64,000 bases of DNA from Thermoleophilaceae bacterium (GTDB taxonomy: Bacteria; Actinomycetota; Thermoleophilia; Solirubrobacterales; Thermoleophilaceae): assembly GCA_030446485.1 (NCBI GenBank), contig JAUJNF010000001.1, positions 194,018 through 258,017 on the forward strand, written 5' to 3'. The position numbers and the translations under genes were made by a program. Position 1 is the stretch's first letter, and every line of letters starts with the position of its first letter. Positions 18,251 to 26,494 of the stretch are shown piece after piece. The notes under the pieces are model-generated. The model ran no database searches. It saw only the letters and a program-made list of their open reading frames with translations, and had not been told where the DNA came from.

Positions 18251-18514
18251 ATCGCCGAGCGCCGCGCCTTCGTCTATCTCCTTCGCTGCCGCGACGACAG
18301 CCTGTACTGCGGATGGACGCTCGACCTCGACCGGCGGCTGACCGCGCACCGCGCTGGTCGCGGCGGCCACTACACGCGCAGCCGACTGCCCGTGGAGCTC
18401 GCGATGTCGTTCGAGTTCCCCGACGCCGCGAGCGCGCGCCGTGAGGAGGCGCGCATCAAGGGCCTCTCGCGCGTAGAGAAGCTGGCTCTGCTGGCCGCAG
18501 GGCCCGTCTCGTGA
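18251..18514 (+). CDS. GIY-YIG nuclease-family protein (start codon unresolved)
   Basis: Own translation: IAERRAFVYLLRCRDDSLYCGWTLDLDRRLTAHRAGRGGHYTRSRLPVELAMSFEFPDASSARREEARIKGLSRVEKL...*. Absent from the ORF track because no ATG/GTG/TTG precedes the motif in frame. Confidence 0.7.
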   Translation: MAERRAFVYLLRCRDDSLYCGWTLDLDRRLTAHRAGRGGHYTRSRLPVELAMSFEFPDAASARREEARIKGLSRVEKLALLAAGPVS

Positions 18515-18538
18515 CCGCTCCTTCCTAGCCTTCGCAGA

Positions 18539-18886
18539 GTGTTCCGGCCCGTCCGCACGGTCACCATCTTCGGGACGCTCCTGGTGGGATCCGTGGGTCT
18601 CCTCACCCAGGGCGACATCGAGGGCGGCGGCGTCGGGCTCCTGCTGGCCACGATGCTCGGAATGGTCCTGGTCGGCCCGTTTCGATCGTTGCCGCATGCC
18701 CGGCGCATCCGTTACCGGCTGGGGGCCACGGCGGCCGTCCTCGCCGCCTGGTTCATAGGCGGTCTGGTCCGCTGGGACTGGGACACGACCGGCTACGTCG
18801 TGGCGGGGGCGGTCGCCGTCTACGCGCTGTTCCGGGCCGCCACTCCCAAGCGCGCTCCAATCCCCGAGGCCGAGCCGGCGTCGTAG
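18539..18886 (+). CDS. integral membrane protein
   Basis: 115-aa ORF with four hydrophobic segments. GTG start. Confidence 0.5.
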   Translation: MFRPVRTVTIFGTLLVGSVGLLTQGDIEGGGVGLLLATMLGMVLVGPFRSLPHARRIRYRLGATAAVLAAWFIGGLVRWDWDTTGYVVAGAVAVYALFRAATPKRAPIPEAEPAS

Positions 18887-18894
18887 GTACCAGG

Positions 18895-19263
18895 ATGCGC
18901 TGGCTGATCGACGGGATGAACGTGATCGGTACCCGACCCGACGGCTGGTGGAAGGACCGCCACGGAGCAATGGTCCGGCTCGTGAATCTGCTCGAGCGCT
19001 GGGCGTCGGGCGAGTCGGACGACGTGACGGTGGTGTTCGAGAAGCCGCCGTCGCCTCCGATCAGGTCCTCGGTGATCGAGGTGGGCTTCGCCCGACGCGC
19101 GCGCGCCAATTCCGCGGATGACGAGATCGTGCGGCGGGTGGTGGCGGATCCTCAGCCGCGCGAGGTGCGCGTTGTGACGTCGGATCACTGGCTGGCGGAC
19201 CGGGTGCGGGCCGAGGGCGCGACGGTTGAGGGGGCGGAGTCGTTTCGGAGCCGGATCGATTGA
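18895..19263 (+). CDS. NYN/YacP-like (PIN-related) predicted RNA-binding protein
   Basis: MRWLIDGMNVIGTRPDGWW...VTVVFE...ADDEIVRRV...VVTSDHWLADRVRAEGA. Confidence 0.75.
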   Translation: MRWLIDGMNVIGTRPDGWWKDRHGAMVRLVNLLERWASGESDDVTVVFEKPPSPPIRSSVIEVGFARRARANSADDEIVRRVVADPQPREVRVVTSDHWLADRVRAEGATVEGAESFRSRID

Positions 19264-20049
19264 AGCGTTACGGTCGCGGGCGGCTGGGTGAGAGACTCAC
19301 GCGAATGTCGACGGTCCAGTCGCTCCCCTTCTCGAGCTGTTAGGCGAATCGGGTGTCGAGCGCCGTACCCCGGCGTCGAACTGCTGACGAAGTTCGTCCC
19401 GCTCGAGGAGGAGCACTTCGGGCGATTGCCGACGGCCTGCCCTCCGCCCTGCTCGCCCGCGTGACCGAGCACCTCGCCGAGGCGGCGTTCTGCCGAGCGG
19501 TCGTTGAGGGCGACCTCCCCGGATACCTCCAATGACCGTACCGAGCGAACGGACTTCGATGTCGCTGTCTGCTTCCTGCGCCTCGCGATCGCCGCGATAG
19601 GTGCGGCCGCCAGGGTGCATCCGCACGTGCCCGATCCGCTTCCCCACTCCGAGGCCCTCCTATTCGAGCACCTCGACGCCCAATCAGCGGACTGGATTGA
19701 CGCGCGCGAGGACTAGGACGACCTCGGTGGGCCTCAGCTTCGGCGAGTCGCTGTTTCAGTCGACCACGAACGTGGCTGGCGAGGGCCCGGTGGTTCGAGG
19801 AGCGCGACGGGCACGAGGAGTAGCCGAGCGCCGCGGGCGAGACCCGCAGTCCCCGCGTGGCCCAATGCACCGCGCACGCTGATACGACGCGGACGTCAAG
19901 AGCCAGGCTGAGCGCAAGGCCGCAGCAGGCGGCGGCGACCGCTTGGTACCCGAACGCAGTTCTGAAGGCGTGAGGGACGAGGCTGCCGGGGTCACCAAAC
20001 GGCGGCGCGAGGCGCGTCTCGCCAATCAGGCTTGTAGGCTCACGCGCGG

Positions 20050-20358
20050 ATGGGAAGTTGCTTTGACCTCGACGACGTGTTCCCAATCATCGCGCGGCTG
20101 ATCGGGGAAACCGAGGTTGAGCCGGGCGCCTACGTGGAGCACGACGACCTTCTTCGGGCATTGCTCGGAGATACAGAAGCAGTGGCAGTGATCGAGGACG
20201 CCCACAGCCGCTGCCCTCAGCGAAGTCTGGAGGATCTGACGTCGAACATGATTGCTTGGTTTAGCCAGAAGATCACCGTCGGCGACTCACCGTGGAAGGA
20301 CGACTTCGAGCGGGCAAAAGTGCGTCGGAAGTGGGCGTACCGGCCCGCACAGCTCTAG
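20050..20358 (+). CDS. hypothetical protein
   Basis: 102-aa ORF with balanced composition in the low-GC block. No family recognised. Confidence 0.5.
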   Translation: MGSCFDLDDVFPIIARLIGETEVEPGAYVEHDDLLRALLGDTEAVAVIEDAHSRCPQRSLEDLTSNMIAWFSQKITVGDSPWKDDFERAKVRRKWAYRPAQL

Positions 20359-20598
20359 CCGGGTCGGCGAGTGGCGTCGTCACGCGCCGTTCCTCCGGCG
20401 GCGACCCCACAAGGTGACCACGGACGCGTGTCGCCCGTAACACGCGCGAAGGGTTCGAGAGGATCCTCCCGCGAACGCACGCCCGCTGCGTCGATACCGA
20501 CCGCGTCTCGGACCCGCTCGCGACAGCCTCGTGCCTCAGGTCTGTCGTCGTAGAATCGTTTCGCCTCGGCAGCGCATACGATCGAGACGTGCCCGCTT

Positions 20599-20781
20599 AT
20601 GGCTGACTACGTGTGCCCACGATGCGACCGGCTCTACAAGGTCAAGGGGCTTGATGCGAAAGAGCGCTGCCTTGGCTGCCATACGCTCCTGACCCCCGCC
20701 AAGCAGGCGCCGCCTCGCAAGCCCTGGGAGCGCGAGCGGTCAGCGGGCGCTCCTGGGCTCGGAAGACGCGGAAGACGGTAG
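20599..20781 (+). CDS. possible zinc-ribbon peptide
   Basis: MADYVCPRCDRLYKVKGLDAKERCLGCHTLL contains two CxxC pairs. The tail is low-complexity and overlaps an antisense ORF. Confidence 0.3.
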   Translation: MADYVCPRCDRLYKVKGLDAKERCLGCHTLLTPAKQAPPRKPWERERSAGAPGLGRRGRR

Positions 20782-20933
20782 ATCAGGTCAGAGCGGCGCT
20801 GATGTCCGACAACACGCGCGCGGCTAGGCCCCGCGACCGGACACGCCAAACAGACCTTGCTCGACTTGCCTGACGCCACTTCCCGGAGCGGTCGCGTCAC
20901 GTGGCAGGCACGATCCAGCCCTCTCGATCCCGG

Positions 20934-21224
20934 GAGGTTGTCGGCGAGCGGCTTCTCGAGCTTTGCGAGCGTCATGAACGCTCTGAAGGTCTCTGCATTG
21001 GCGAGTGCGCCCGCGCGAAGGAGGGCGACAGGGTCAATCTCCGTGTCGTCCGTTCCTGCCGCAAGTTCCAGATGACGTGCGCTGTAGAGCTGAGCGACGT
21101 TGCCGAAGCGCACCTTGTACCGCGGTTCGGCCGCGGAGAGGAGCACGTCGGTGATGACGCCGACGCCTACGTCGGAGCGCGCGCTCAGTACGACCTCGTC
21201 GCCCTTGACGAAGGGAAACGTCAC
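20934..21224 (-). pseudogene. N-terminal remnant of a RapA/SNF2-like helicase (tentative)
   Basis: MTFPFVKGDEVVLSARSDVGVGVITDVLLSAAEPRYKVRFGNVAQLYSARHLE...DPVALLRAGALANAETFRAFMTLAKLEKPLADN resembles the SH3/Tudor-like N-terminus and linker of SNF2 defence helicases. After that the frame degenerates and no helicase motifs follow. Confidence 0.4.
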
Positions 21225-21403
21225 GTCTTGGGGGTCACGATCACGCAGAGGTTCTTTTGCACGGGAAAGGCGCCCGTCGTGATCCTGTGCGAACTCGAGG
21301 ACATGCGCGGAACGCCGGTCGTGAGCCAGGTCATCTTGCGGCGGTTGCGGTGCAGAGGTGTGTTCGGCAAGTAGTGATCGTCGCTCTCAATGCGCCCCTA
21401 AGT

Positions 21404-21667
21404 TCAGCGTGTGTCGGGCTTGTGCGGGTAGACGACCAGGTCAGCCGGTTGGATCCGGTACGCAAAAGTAAGCACCGTTCCGGCGATGTTCGGAATGGCT
21501 CCCGGCTTGGCGCCGAGGTGAGCAGCCGCGACCTGCGCTTCATGGCCTCTTCGTCGTTGCCGATGACCGAGAGGTCGCCCATCTCCGCCCAGCCGATGGA
21601 GATTGAAGCCGTTGTCGACCAGGTGGAGCTGCGGCTGATCGTTGTGCACGCCCCACATTGTCGGCAT
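21404..21667 (-). pseudogene. remnant of a restriction-endonuclease-associated N-terminal domain, two frameshifts and truncated
   Basis: MWGVHNDQPQLHLVDNGF / ISIGWAEMGDLSVIGNDEEAMKR / VAAAHLGAKPGAIPNIAGTVLTFAYRIQPADLVVYPHKPD reads across two frames and stops after about 87 codons. Confidence 0.5.
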
Positions 21668-21770
21668 ACGCGGGAAGCTAGCTTCCCGCGGTCGTGATCG
21701 TCCTTCACGCCGGTTCAGGTTGCGGCAGGCGCCGCGCTGCTAGCTAGCGCTGGAGTCGCTCGTGCCCGCT

Positions 21771-22075
21771 CTAACCGCCGTGCCGACGACGGAACTCGGC
21801 CCCCATCGCTTCCTGGACGGCGACCCGGAACTGTTTATCGGCGAAGAATCGCTCGAACAGCTTGCGGCTCGTAGTGTGCATCCTCAACAATTCGTCTTTA
21901 AGCGCGTTCTCCAACGCGACCGGAAAGGTGCCGCTACTCCCAGATTTGGCCGCCTGGACGACCGTGTCATCCTTGAGCATCACGCCGACGAGTCGTTCCA
22001 CGATCGCAAGATCGCCAACGTCAAGCTTGCCGTCGAAACGGTTGGTGAGGTCCTCGGGTCGCATTGAGGGATGGT
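21771..22075 (-). pseudogene. C-terminal remnant of a second type I restriction R subunit
   Basis: PEDLTNRFDGKLDVGDLAIVERLVGVMLKDDTVVQAAK...SRKLFERFFADKQFRVAVQEAMGAEFRRRHGG aligns by eye with the intact HsdR tail ADLNTRFGAELGSGDRIILEQVLGEMAEDPELVQEAK...NKAFFERFFSDETFRADLIAGVGEEFHRRSGG. Confidence 0.7.
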
Positions 22076-22244
22076 TCGTGATCGTCTCCGGCTCGCCCGG
22101 TGTCCAGGGAGATTCTTGAGCGATCAGAACTCGCCCCCCGATCGACGCGTCTACTCCGCAGCAATTCCGCGCCGGTGCCACTCGTCGACGCACGACCATC
22201 CCTGATATTCGTCCTGCGCGGGGGCGAAGCATTGGAACCCGACC

Positions 22245-25200
22245 TCAGGCAGCGAGCTCGTCGCCGCCGCTGCGACGGTGGAACTCCTCGCCGACGCCGG
22301 CGATGAGGTCGGCGCGGAAGGTTTCGTCGGAGAAAAACCGCTCGAAGAACGCCTTGTTCGTGTTATCGGTCTTGAGCATCTCCTCCTCGAACGCGCCGCC
22401 GAAGACGAGGAGGAAGTTGTCCTTCGAGTTCACCTTCGCCTCCTGGACCAGCTCCGGGTCTTCGGCCATCTCGCCGAGCACCTGTTCGAGGATGATGCGG
22501 TCGCCGCTGCCGAGTTCCGCGCCGAAGCGCGTGTTGAGGTCGGCGATGATGACCGCGAGCCGGTCCTTGGTCGGCTCGACCGGCGGCAGGACCTCGCCGC
22601 TCTCGGGGTCAGAGACAGTGCCGCCCTGGCCTGGAGAGACGTCCTGCTCAGCTAGGGCCTCGATGCGCAGGTGCGTGAGCACGATGTCGCCGCCGAGGTC
22701 GAGCGAGCCGCCCTCCTGGGTGGGCAGCGCGTTCTGCAAGTGCCGCCCGTAGAGGAATGTCGCTTCGAGCTTCGGGTCGTTGAACGCGACCGCCTGTGCA
22801 AGGAAGCCGTAGATGTCGAGGAACTTCGAGAGGGCAGCGCGGAAGCCCTTGCGCTCATCGTCGTCGGGAAGCTGGGCGAAGCGCTCGACCGCGCCTTGCA
22901 GGTGCCCGATCAGCTGCGCGTGCGCGGTGGGCTCCAAAGGGTCTGAGCCGAGGAACACGCCCGCGAACGCCTGCTCGTCGGCAACGTCAATCACCGGATA
23001 GGCCGTCAGCGCGCCGTGCGCGACGTACATCTCCGCCGGCGACGTCGCGGACGTCATCGTCGCCTCGTAAAAGTCCTCGAACGCGTCGCGGATGTCGGCC
23101 CCGGCGTTCACGAAGTCCAGGACGAATGTGTCGTCCTTCTCCGGGTGGATGCGATTCAGCCGCGAGAGCGTCTGCACTGCGCGGATGCCGCGGAGCTTCT
23201 TGTCCACGTACATCGTGTGCAGCAGCGGCTGGTCGAAGCCGGTCTGGTACTTCTCGGCGACGACGAGCAGGCGATGCAGCTCGTGGCCGGCGTCCTTCTC
23301 GGGGTCGCCGGTCGGCACCCACGCGAACTTGCCCGGCAGCTCCGCTTCCCCGAACCCGTTGAGCTCGGCCTCCGTGTAGGAGGTGCCGGAGACCGAGACG
23401 GCGTCGGAGAATGCGACCAGCGGCTTGAAGCTCTCGTGGCCTTGGGCCTTCGCCGCCTTCGTGAGCGCGAAGTAGGTCAGGACTGCCAGCTCGCGAGAGG
23501 CGCAGGCCACCATCGCCTTGGCGTGGCCGCCGACCTTTGGCGCGACCGCGTGGTGGAAGTGCTCGACAATGACCCGCGCCTTCTCATCCAGCGTCTCGGG
23601 ATGGCGGCTGACGCACTTGACGATGGCCTGCGTCGCCTTGCTATTCTCGACCTCTTGGTCGCCCCCGCTCTCCGAGGCGACCTGCCAAAGGACGCTGTAG
23701 GGCGTGTAGCGCCGGAGCACGTCGAGGATGAAGCCCTCCTCGATGGCCTGGCGCATCGAGTACAGGTGAAACGGCGCGCGCTGGTCACCGCCGACGGCGG
23801 AGCCGAACAGCTCCAGCGTCCGCCGCGTCGGCGTTGCCGTGAACGCGAAGTAGGAGAGGTTCGGCTGCTTGCCCCGGGCTTTCACCGAAGCGGCGATGAG
23901 GTCTTGGACCTCGGCTTCGGACGGCTCGTCTTCGTCCTCGCTCTTGTCCTCCTCGTCCACGGCCGCAGCGGCGCCGGCACCGAGGGCGGTCCGCAGCGCC
24001 TTCGCCGCCTCGCCGCCCTGTGACGAGTGCGCCTCGTCAATGATGATCGCGTAGTTGCGGTCAGGCAGCTCGCCGAGCTTCTCGATTACGAAGGGGAACT
24101 TCTGGAGCGTCGAGATGATGATGCGGCTGGTCGCTGAGGAGAGCGCCGCCGCCAGCTCCGAGCTGCCGCCCTTGGTCTTCTGCACGAGGCCCGTCTTGTG
24201 CTCGAACTGGTACACGGTGTCGCCGAGCTGCTGGTCGAGCACGAGCCGGTCGGTGACGATGATGACCTTGTCGAAGACCGGCTCGTCGTCGGCGTGCAAG
24301 ACAGCCAGACGATGCGCGAGCCAGGCGATGGTGTTGCTCTTGCCGGAGCCGGCGGAGTGCTCAATGAGGTAGTTGTGCCCGGCGCCGTTGGTGCGAGCGT
24401 GCGCGAGCAGTCGGAGGACGGCGTCCCACTGGTGGAAGCGCGGGAAGATGACCGAGCGTTCGCCGTCGTCGTTCTTGGAGACGTGAACGAAGCGGCGCAG
24501 GATGTCTAGCCAGTTGTCGCGCTGCCAGACCTCCTCCCAGAGGTACGAGGTCGCGTACTTGCCGCCGGTGCCCGGCGGGTTGCCTTTGCCGTTGTTGTGG
24601 CCACGGTTGAACGGCAGGAAGACGGTGTCCTGGCTGGCGAGCTTGGTCGCCAGATAAACCTCGTCGGTGTCCACCGCGAAGTGCGCGATGGCGCGGCGGG
24701 CGAAGATGGGTTCCGACGCCTCGCGGTCGGAGCGGTACTGCTTCATAGCGTGCTTGACCGTCTGTTTGGTCAGCTTGTTCTTCAGCTCAGCGGTCGCTAC
24801 CGGAAGACCGTTCACGAACAGCACTAGGTCGAGCTCGTTCGTGTTCTTCGTGGAGTAGATGAGCTGTCGTACGACCGTGACCCTGTTCGCCGCGTAGAGC
24901 TCGGTCAGCTCCTTGGTCAGCCCGTGCTCGGGACGGAAGTATGCGAGCTCGAAGTCCACGCCCATGACCGAGACGCCGACGCGCAGACAGCGCAAGACGC
25001 CCTGGCTGTCGAGCATCTTTGCGACCGTCTGGTGGAAGGTGGCACGCGCCTTGCCCTCGTCGCCGCCGAAGCGCGTGGTCACGAGCGTCTGCCACTGCTT
25101 GGCCTGAGTCGCGGCGATGAACGCGTCCAGCTTGACGGGATCGAGCGCGAGCTTGGCGTCGTAGTTTGCCGGGTGGCCAGAGAGCCAGCGGGCCTGGCCG

Positions 25201-25268
25201 CGAGCGGGGTCGGTCAGATACGCCTCGATGGCGCGCTCGAAGTCCCCCTCCTTGTACGGGCCCGTCAT
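22245..25268 (-). CDS. hsdR: type I restriction endonuclease subunit R
   Basis: 1007 aa. N-terminal nuclease region, helicase motifs HSAGSGKSNT and IIIDEAHSSQ, and the characteristic C-terminal domain. Its ATG overlaps the hsdS stop by 4 nt. Confidence 0.95.
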   Translation of the reverse strand: MTGPYKEGDFERAIEAYLTDPARGQARWLSGHPANYDAKLALDPVKLDAFIAATQAKQWQTLVTTRFGGDEGKARATFHQTVAKMLDSQGVLRCLRVGVSVMGVDFELAYFRPEHGLTKELTELYAANRVTVVRQLIYSTKNTNELDLVLFVNGLPVATAELKNKLTKQTVKHAMKQYRSDREASEPIFARRAIAHFAVDTDEVYLATKLASQDTVFLPFNRGHNNGKGNPPGTGGKYATSYLWEEVWQRDNWLDILRRFVHVSKNDDGERSVIFPRFHQWDAVLRLLAHARTNGAGHNYLIEHSAGSGKSNTIAWLAHRLAVLHADDEPVFDKVIIVTDRLVLDQQLGDTVYQFEHKTGLVQKTKGGSSELAAALSSATSRIIISTLQKFPFVIEKLGELPDRNYAIIIDEAHSSQGGEAAKALRTALGAGAAAAVDEEDKSEDEDEPSEAEVQDLIAASVKARGKQPNLSYFAFTATPTRRTLELFGSAVGGDQRAPFHLYSMRQAIEEGFILDVLRRYTPYSVLWQVASESGGDQEVENSKATQAIVKCVSRHPETLDEKARVIVEHFHHAVAPKVGGHAKAMVACASRELAVLTYFALTKAAKAQGHESFKPLVAFSDAVSVSGTSYTEAELNGFGEAELPGKFAWVPTGDPEKDAGHELHRLLVVAEKYQTGFDQPLLHTMYVDKKLRGIRAVQTLSRLNRIHPEKDDTFVLDFVNAGADIRDAFEDFYEATMTSATSPAEMYVAHGALTAYPVIDVADEQAFAGVFLGSDPLEPTAHAQLIGHLQGAVERFAQLPDDDERKGFRAALSKFLDIYGFLAQAVAFNDPKLEATFLYGRHLQNALPTQEGGSLDLGGDIVLTHLRIEALAEQDVSPGQGGTVSDPESGEVLPPVEPTKDRLAVIIADLNTRFGAELGSGDRIILEQVLGEMAEDPELVQEAKVNSKDNFLLVFGGAFEEEMLKTDNTNKAFFERFFSDETFRADLIAGVGEEFHRRSGGDELAA

Positions 25269-26494
25269 GCGGCAGACCTCTGCGCGACGTGCTTCGCACC
25301 GAGGACCGTTTGGTCAAGGACAAGGCGTCGGCGACGTTCGTGTAGGGACCGGAGCTGATGGTCGAGTTGAGTGGTCAGCGTGCGGGTCGTATCGAGTGCG
25401 TCGTCCAACCGCCGAGCGAGGTCGTCCTGCGCGTCGCCGACCGGGACAGGAACTTGTACGCGCTTCAGGTTGCGAATGTTGATGCCGCGAACGGCGCTTC
25501 CCATCGCGCCCTCGTTCAGCTGCGTGAACACGAACTGCGAACGCAACGCGTGGTAAAGCCATCGTGTGCTGACTCCGGTAGCCGGCGCGATGCGGGCAAC
25601 ATCACGAGACACGTTGGCCCCGGCCAGTGACGGCGGCACCTCGGCCACCGCGCCGAAGCTTCCTCGAATGGACATCACCAGGTCCGCTGCTTCCAGCCGT
25701 GCGCGCGCGTAGGGCTGCTCAACCTCAGGCGTCGTACGTCGAAGGTTGTCGGGGTGAAGGCGCTCTGCTTCGACGTCCCCGGCATCAATGACGGAGATGC
25801 CTTCTGAGACGGACGGCCCGGGCATAAGAATGCCGTACATCGGCGGACGAGCCGGGTCCACGAGGTACATGAGGGGCGTGCGCCGCCCCGTGTCCTCCGC
25901 CCCTACGATGAGCGCGTTGGTCAGCGCCTGGTGCCGCTCAGCGACGAGTTGGCGCTGTCGGCCTTTCAGCTCCGAGAGTGCGTCGAGATGCCGCGTCTCG
26001 ACGTCCAGCACCTTTGCGATGGCCCGCTGCGCCGCCGTCGGTGGAACCTCGACCCACGTCGCCAGAAACCGACGAAGGTCGAGGTTCGCCAGCGTCGTTT
26101 CGTTCGCGAACCGTCTGCCGTCACCTCGCGCCCAGAGCGCTTGAAGCAGGTACCAGGCAAAGCGTGAGTCCACGCCCTCACGCGAACGTAGCCGAACCAA
26201 GAAGTTTGAACTGATGGCGCGGGTTGCTCCCTCAAACAGTGCTGGGAATCCGACGTTGCCTGACTTTTCGAGCAAGATATCTCCACGTTCGAGTAGCCGC
26301 CCCCGCTGGGCCGAGGCGGGCACGGCACGCGTCGTGTCGAGGTCTTCGCGCACCATGAACTTCGCTCGGTCGAAGTCGGCTACTCGCGCGCACGCGACGT
26401 CATCGTCTCCGCCAGTCGGGTCCTCTCCCCAGAGGCCAGCGACCGGTGGTTCGAACAGGTACTTCAGGCGAACGCGGCGAGTCTGGGTGGTCAC
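25265..26494 (-). CDS. hsdS: type I restriction-modification specificity subunit
   Basis: 409 aa with two variable target-recognition regions separated by conserved helical spacers. It sits between hsdM and hsdR with 4-nt overlaps on both sides. Confidence 0.9.
   Translation of the reverse strand: MTTQTRRVRLKYLFEPPVAGLWGEDPTGGDDDVACARVADFDRAKFMVREDLDTTRAVPASAQRGRLLERGDILLEKSGNVGFPALFEGATRAISSNFLVRLRSREGVDSRFAWYLLQALWARGDGRRFANETTLANLDLRRFLATWVEVPPTAAQRAIAKVLDVETRHLDALSELKGRQRQLVAERHQALTNALIVGAEDTGRRTPLMYLVDPARPPMYGILMPGPSVSEGISVIDAGDVEAERLHPDNLRRTTPEVEQPYARARLEAADLVMSIRGSFGAVAEVPPSLAGANVSRDVARIAPATGVSTRWLYHALRSQFVFTQLNEGAMGSAVRGINIRNLKRVQVPVPVGDAQDDLARRLDDALDTTRTLTTQLDHQLRSLHERRRRLVLDQTVLGAKHVAQRSAA

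Noticed and set aside
19264-20049. Several overlapping 60-250-aa ORFs on both strands at the left edge of the island
   Set aside because: The translations are low-complexity, or switch plausibility between frames (for example GEVALNDRSAERRLGEVLGHA in one frame and PEVLLLERDELRQQFDAGV in another). I could not tie them to any family. They are probably degraded remnants, so they are not annotated.
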